Shown: positions 56,330-64,000 of the stretch, in pieces
How the letters are laid out: every line of letters starts with the position of its first letter
Position numbering within the stretch: the stretch's first letter is position 1
Source of the DNA: the human T2T-CHM13v2.0 reference genome, Homo sapiens
Direction: 5' to 3' (one strand)
Assembly (NCBI RefSeq): GCF_009914755.1
Contig: NC_060929.1
DNA length: 64,000 nucleotides
Position numbers and translations under genes: made by a program
Notes under the pieces: model-generated
What the model was told of the DNA's origin: nothing
Seen by the model: only the letters and a program-made list of their open reading frames with translations
The model's database searches: none

Positions 56330-57282
56330 TAGTAAAATTGCTCCCTGTAATTCGGTGGTGTAACTGCTCAGGAATTAGCCACAGCCATCTTCAAGTGTCA
56401 GATTTCCTTTGCTTCCAGGACTTCAAGTGCCATTCTTTCCATTGCTGCCTTTGTGTTTTAGTAAACTCTCAATGAGTATTGCCATTGTTCTTCACTGATT
56501 TTTTTTTTAAATAGGATTTCAAGCATGTGATTTTTTTTCTCACATTCTTCATTTGTTCCTATTTGACAGTTATGAGTAGGATTTGAATTTCTTTTGTTCT
56601 CCAGTCATTTGGAATGGTTTTCTATCATAATGCTATTGAGAAGGTAAGGCCAGTGAAGACACCACATAGCAATGCAGTTAGGTATGTCAAGTGGGATCCC
56701 CTGCATTGCTTGTCCGTTCCTTGCATCGTCAGCGTAGCAAGTATTTTTCTACTTCATGTCCTCCCAGTGACTCAAAAGCTTTACCACTTACACATTCCAC
56801 AAGGTGTCTGTTCTGTGTTTCATTGCTTTTGAAACAAACACAAGCGAGTTGACATGTTATACAAACCTTGAGTTCTTTTCCTTGCAGATTCTTTTTTTCT
56901 ATTCTCATATTCAACTCCACAAGATGCTTATTCACAGTAAGTCATTGCTAGGATAATGGTCTTAATAGTTTAAAAATTTCCAAATAGGATTCATTTTAGG
57001 TATTGACAGTGGTACTCAGTGGTACTCACTGTCAATACCTAAAAGAAAGGAAGAAAGCAATGTTCTGTGAAGAACTTGAGCTAAACTTCTGAAGTTAAGG
57101 GTTTTGCTTGTGGTCATCTGTGGTACATGATTACTTGAGATGAGATGCCACGATGGTGGTGGAGGTAAAGAAGTACCAGCAGGAAGAAATCTTCCTGTGC
57201 TTATTCCTTCAGAGGGGGTATCTGTTGAATTTTTTTCATTTTGGTCCTTCTTATGTAGCCATGAAGGTTTTCTAAAGAATAC
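56330..57282 (-). pseudogene. Possible large exon of the antisense fossil gene
   Basis: tttttag|GTA acceptor followed by 88 stop-free codons (57282-57019). Further decayed frames read RHLVECVSGKAFESLGGHEVEKYLLR and IAMWCLHWPYLLNSI. Possible gttagt donor at 56329. Confidence 0.4.
56994..57044. repeat. Perfect 18-bp inverted repeat with a 15-nt spacer
   Basis: ttttaggtattgacagtg (56994-57011) is the reverse complement of cactgtcaatacctaaaa (57027-57044). Confidence 0.97.
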
Positions 57283-57290
57283 CTAAAAAC

Positions 57291-57591
<301 letters not shown>

Positions 57592-58671
57592 CTAAAAACA
57601 TTTTTTATATCAGAATTTTTATTCTTTCTAGTGGTATTCATAAAAGCATATTGCATATGATGCTTTTTAAAATATCATGTGCCCTCACCCCCCACCCGCC
57701 ATGCACAACTTGCAGAATGGAAATACTTCAACATGGTATTAACAGGTTTGGTGTTTTTATTTTGGAGAGAGATGAAAAAGGCGTCTGTTAGTACCTTAAT
57801 ACCGCAAGTATACGTTTAGCAATGACAGCCAATACCAATGGACTAGATTGGATGATATTAATGAATAACTATTAGTTTTCTTCAGTGTGATAAGGTATTA
57901 TGGTTCTGTAAGAGAATGTTCTGATATCTGTGAGTTGCATGCCAAAGTATTTATAAATGAAATATCGTATCTGTATATCACTTTTATATTGTTCAGCTAA
58001 AACAAGAAAAACAAATGTGTGCGTATGTGTGTTATACACACTTGAAAGTGAAGCAAGTGTCAGAGTGTTAAAAAACTGTTGAATCTAGATGAACAGTGTA
58101 TGGGTGTTGTACTATCTTTTTTTGTAGGTTTGAAAGTTCTTTAAATAAAAACTTAGGAGAAAAAATAAGCTATAAACAACTATTCTTCCCTGCAGGTCTC
58201 ATTTTCTTGCTAATTTGGTTAATTTGTTATAACATCAAACTAGTTGATAATGTTAAATATACCTTTAATATTGGATTGAGAAACATTTAAACATTAACTA
58301 TCAATAAAGAAGTTTATTTTTCTTTCAGTGCTTTATAGGTTTATAGATTGTAAAGTCACAAGGTCAGGAAGTCCTGACATCCTTCCAGCAGTGGTTATAA
58401 GTGATACTTTTTGGCAGGAAAATAACTTCTAGCTGAGTATATGCAGCATAAAGGTTCCCTACTGCACAGAAGTCATTAATTTTTTTCTGAGTTAACATCA
58501 CTAAAAGTCCCCCTTAGCTATAGCAGCCTTATGCATAGCCTTATTATTGAATGGTTTCATCCCAGCCGTATGTGGGTTTCATATGTCAGTTGATATTTAA
58601 TGAGTAATATCTATGCCTTTTTTTTTCCTCATTGGATAAATGTTGGGGAAAAGAGATCTAATTGTCCTGGG

Positions 58672-58999
58672 GTTTTTTTTGTTTTTTGTCTTTTGTTTTT
58701 TTTTTTTTTTTTTTTTTTTTGAGGCAGAGTCTTGCTCTGTTGCCCAGACTGGCATGCAATGATGCTATCTCAGCTCACTGCAACCTCCACCTCCTGGGTT
58801 CAAGTGTTTCTCCTGCCTCAGCCTCCTGAGTAGCTGGGATTACAGGCACGACCATCATGCCTGCCTAATTTTTGTATTTTCTACAGATGTCGTTTCACCG
58901 TGTTGGCCAGGATGGTCTCAAACTCCTGACCTCAGGTGATCTGCCCGCCCCAGCTTCCCAACGTGCTGGGATTACAGGCACGAGACACTGCACCTGGCT
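58672..58999 (-). mobile_element. AluSx
   Basis: Antisense Alu ending ~70 nt before exon 14; TSD-like taattgtcctg flanks. Confidence 0.93.
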
Positions 59000-59070
59000 G
59001 TAATTGTCCTGTTTTTTTTCTGATTGTCCTAATTATTATGAAGCCATTATAATCTATTTTGTCTCTCTAG

Positions 59071-59255
59071 ACTAGGGTATTTAAATTACTTCAAAACCAA
59101 ATTCAACAACAAACTTGGACTGATGAGGGCACTCCATCTATGCGAGAGCTTCGGTCAGCCCTGCTAGAGTTTGCTTGCACCCACAACCTGGGGAACTGCT
59201 CTACTACTGCCATGAAACTGTTTGATGACTGGATGGCATCCAATGGAACTCAAAG
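59071..59255 (+). CDS. LNPEP: LNPEP exon 14 (185 nt)
   Basis: ctctag|ACT...CAAAG|gtgaag; TRVFKLLQNQIQQQTWTDEGTPSMRELRSALLEFACTHNLGNCSTTAMKLFDDWMASNGTQ. Confidence 0.97.
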
Positions 59256-59407
59256 GTGAAGTATACCTCTACTCAGATGAATTATCTTCTTTTTCTTTAT
59301 TTCACATCATATACAGTATCCAGGGTATTCTCATCCTGGATCATAAATGTTATAAAACTGAGTGTCAGTGTAGGTGAACTCTATGTGTCTGCATTCTCAA
59401 ACAAGAC

Positions 59408-59658
59408 TTTTTTTTTTTTTATTATACTTTAAGTTTTAGGGTACATGTGCACAATGTGCAGGTTAGTTACATACGTATACATGTGCCATGCTGGTGTGCT
59501 GCACCCATTAACTCGTCATTTAGCATTAGGTATATCTCCTAATGCTATCCCTCCCCCCTCCCCCCACCCCACAACAGTCCCCAGAGTGTGATGTTCCCCT
59601 TCCTGTGTCCATGTGTTCTCATTGTTCAATTCCCACCTATGAGTGAGAACATGCGGTG
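59408..59658 (-). mobile_element. L1PA2/PA3-type 5'-truncated insertion
   Basis: Near-consensus young L1 3' UTR (non-Ta allele); TSD tcaaacaagactttt at 59397 and 59659. Confidence 0.92.
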
Positions 59659-59669
59659 TCAAACAAGAC

Positions 59670-60684
<1,015 letters not shown>

Positions 60685-61291
60685 TAAACAAGTCTCTTAA
60701 TTTAGAAATAAAACATAGCAGGTAGAGTTAGCAGTTAACAGAAAAGCTTTTGGGGGTAATTAGTTCTCTCCAGCTCCTTACCGTGCATTATGGAGAGAAG
60801 ATTCAAGCATCAGATGAAGAGTTGGGGTGGAGGATTTGGATAACGTTTTGAGGTCTTTCCCAGCTCTGAGATCTTAATAAAGGCAGTAGACTGTGTTTTC
60901 TCCCTGCACCCCATTTACTGCTATAGTTCTACCATGAAACTTATCACACTGAATTGTAATGCATATAGTTATTGCTCTGTACTTCGTAGTAGCCTGTGAG
61001 TTCTCAGAGGACAGAGGCTCTCATTCCTTTTCCGCTCCCTAGTGTCCAGCCAGTCGCCTGCCTGGTTCTTTGTGAGTACTCTGTGAATATTAAATTGAAC
61101 TGATGTATCCATAGACACACTACTAGGAAGATAGCAGTCACTGAATTAAACTTTTTCTCAACCCTAAATTGTGTACTCAAACTTGTTATTATTACCAACC
61201 CTCACACCAGAAACTCCACCACAGCCAACTCTTCGCCTTTGTATTCAGAATATTTTCTTGTTATTCTCATGTTTGACCACCTCTCTTACAG

Positions 61292-61453
61292 CCTACCTAC
61301 TGATGTCATGACAACTGTGTTCAAAGTTGGAGCAAAAACTGACAAAGGCTGGTCATTCCTTTTGGGCAAATACATTTCTATAGGCTCTGAAGCAGAGAAG
61401 AACAAAATACTAGAAGCACTTGCCAGCTCAGAGGATGTGCGGAAGCTTTACTG
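61292..61453 (+). CDS. LNPEP: LNPEP exon 15 (162 nt)
   Basis: ttacag|C...TACTG|gtatga; LPTDVMTTVFKVGAKTDKGWSFLLGKY...EDVRKLYW. Confidence 0.97.
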
Positions 61454-62749
61454 GTATGAAATCACCGAGGAATATGATATACAGAAACCAAAAGAATACA
61501 AACACTGTGCTCTTGGTCAGGAGCTCATTTTTGAGGGGATCTCTTTTCCCCACTTCTGTTACAGGCCAGGCCTAAGTTGGACAGTGTGGTGAGGAGACTA
61601 CAGGTGCTGGGCTTTATCTTTATGGACAAGCAGAAAATCCTTTGCCCAAAAGGGATTACAAGATGTCAGGAGTCACAGCCCCCTCCTACTCCTTGCTCAA
61701 AAAGTCTTCCTCCCCTTGGAATGTTGTCTTATACACCACAATTGGTACTCCATAGTTTAGGACCAAGGCATTGCTTTGTGCAAGCTGTCATTTTAAAAAT
61801 GTAGGCATTTCAGAAAAAAAAAATCACATATTAAACCTTCTAGGTTCTACGTTCATATGAATTTATTTGTCAGACTTTTCCTTTTTAATATGTAGTGATG
61901 AAGGCCCAGAAGTAGGAGTGTCATATGGATGAAGGTAGGGCAGTAAGTAGGGCCTCCTGACAGGAAGAACAGGCAGTGGTGGGGTAGAGGAGCTCTACAT
62001 AGCCAAGAGGAATATAGAGGTATCTGCTGTAGAGAGCACAGGTGTTAGAAGTCGCACTGAGGATAGAAGGAGGCTTCTGGGTCTCATTACTTCTGTTGTA
62101 TGATTTTGCTCAGATAAATCTTAATAGTGTCCCAGAGATGTCCTCAGTACCTGTCCAGACCCACTTACCAAAAGATACGCTGTAAATAGTCATTTTCTTT
62201 AAAGTATTAGCCAGCCTCTGACTTAAGCAAATAGAGAAAAATCACTGTTTTTAAACTATGCTAGTAATACACTAAGAATGCCCATGATAAAGAATTTAAA
62301 CAGTACCTAAGAATATAGAGTAAAATATGAAAGTATTTCTCATGATCCTTCACTTCCATTCTCGTTTTCTCTGTTAACAACAGTGTCAGTCCTGGTCTTC
62401 GTATTCATCTGTGGGAATGGATATTTGTACATATGTACGTACATACATACACACATACCTACATATTTAACTGCATTTTAAAAACCATATTAGGTTTATA
62501 CCATACCCAGTGTTTTGTGACCATCTTTTTAGTGAATGATCAGTCTATGAGATTTTCCATGTCACTTCATGAAGCCTGCTTTATATATAAAAAAAACTAA
62601 AGTGTTTTATGGGTTCATAATATTCTGTAGTATGGCCCTATCATAATTTATTTAATCCATCACGTTTTGTTGGGCTTTTGTTTTTTTCTCTTCTAAAAAT
62701 ACTGCCACAGTCTTGGAGTGGGGCGTGGTTTCTCACTATAAACAGATAG

Positions 62750-62960
62750 TATAGCATAGTAGATGAGAACTGCTTTTGTTCAGATGTCGGGCTTTGGTAT
62801 TTATTACTGTGTGACTGTGGGTCAATTAGATAACCTCAGTTTCTTCAACTATAAAATTGAGTTAGGTAGTATTAATAAATACCTACTTTATAGCATTGTT
62901 GTGTCAAGGACTTAGAACATTATTTAGTACATAGTGTCAGTAAATGTTTGCTACGAACAT
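62750..62960 (+). mobile_element. MIR
   Basis: ctgtgtgactgtggg...cctcagtttcttcaactataaaattg...atacctactttatagcattgttgtg. Confidence 0.75.
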
Positions 62961-63386
62961 TAATAAGAGTATATTCTGAAATGTATCCTAATTTTCAAAT
63001 AATTCAAATGACCTAGTTTTTTTTAAGAATAGTAATATAATTAACCTGCCCATTCAAATCAAATAAGGTTTTTACCAGAAAAAAATACCCACCTCCCGAA
63101 TTGTAATAAATTCTACCAGAACTTATTTCCTAAATGTTTTTACTATTTAAAAACTATTTATTGTCATGTGACAATATAGGTAAATGCCTATTTTATTGGT
63201 GAGTTCTTTCTTCATTTAAAAAAAATGACATTTTCAATCTATAGATCAACCGTAGACTAATGCAACAGTTATTTCTCAATTTGCTACACAGCTTTAATTA
63301 GGAAACCATACTAATTTTAATTTAAGTTCAGTCATCACTTCTTCATGAATAATAATTTTGGAGGCTAAATCTGCTTTGCTCTTCAG

Positions 63387-63527
63387 GTTAATGAAAAGTA
63401 GCCTGAATGGAGATAACTTCCGAACACAGAAGCTGTCTTTTATCATTAGAACAGTGGGTCGACATTTTCCTGGACACTTACTGGCATGGGATTTTGTCAA
63501 AGAGAACTGGAATAAGCTTGTACAGAA
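63387..63527 (+). CDS. LNPEP: LNPEP exon 16 (141 nt); remaining exons lie beyond the window
   Basis: cttcag|G...CAGAA|gtaagt; LMKSSLNGDNFRTQKLSFIIRTVGRHFPGHLLAWDFVKENWNKLVQK. Confidence 0.97.
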
Positions 63528-63841
63528 GTAAGTTTCTCAGAGAATTATTAACTTTTAGTATTCTCAAGTTGTGCATTTGAAAAAAGCTCCCAGTGTTTTG
63601 GCTCACAGAAGTTAGGATTTGCTGTGAGAGGAAAAATACTTCCATGACAGTTTAACTGAAACATCCGGAAATTTTCACATTTGTTAACATAATTCCATAG
63701 CATGAATCATTTAACAGTAGCATTCCATCTAAGTTCTAATTAAGCCTAGCCTTGCTTGGCACCAGGTTACTTAGCTCAGCGTGGCTACAGACTATTTCAT
63801 AGCAACCATTTAGCTATGCATATTGAAAAATACCTCTGTAT

Positions 63842-64000
63842 GGCCGGGCGCGGTGGCTCACACCTGTAATCCCAGCACTTTGGGAGGCCGAGATGGGCGG
63901 ATCACGAGGTCAGGAGATCGAGACCATCCTGGCTAACACGGTGAAACCCCATTTCCACTAAAAATACCAAAAATTAGCCGGGCATGGTGGCGGGTGCCTG
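63842..64000 (+). mobile_element. AluY, cut by the window end
   Basis: ggccgggcgcggtggctcac...gatcacgaggtcaggagatcgagaccatcctggctaacacggtg; CpG-rich. Confidence 0.95.

Overview
AT-rich, repeat-dense primate (almost certainly human) genomic DNA covering most of LNPEP (leucyl/cystinyl aminopeptidase; IRAP, P-LAP, oxytocinase; M1 zinc aminopeptidase) on the + strand. Coding exons 2-16 can be read with GT-AG boundaries and consistent phases, giving codons 7-955 of the 1025-aa protein. These include the cytosolic tail, the TM helix, GAMEN and HELAH-x18-E. Exon 1 and the last exons lie outside the window. The introns hold Alus (J, S, Y), L1 and L2 relics, MIRs, DNA transposons and solo LTRs (MER39-like, MER68-like, MLT1). 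The most unexpected signal is on the minus strand in introns 11-13 (~47.4-57.3 kb): several non-repeat segments with splice-site-like borders and decayed reading frames whose translations resemble RGSL1/RGS22-type multi-RGS-domain proteins. I read this as a candidate fossil gene (unitary pseudogene) interleaved antisense with LNPEP exons 12-13, disrupted by stops, frameshifts and Alu insertions. That call and all repeat subfamily names rest on hand translation and remembered sequences, and need database confirmation. No RNA genes, CRISPR arrays or CpG island were seen.
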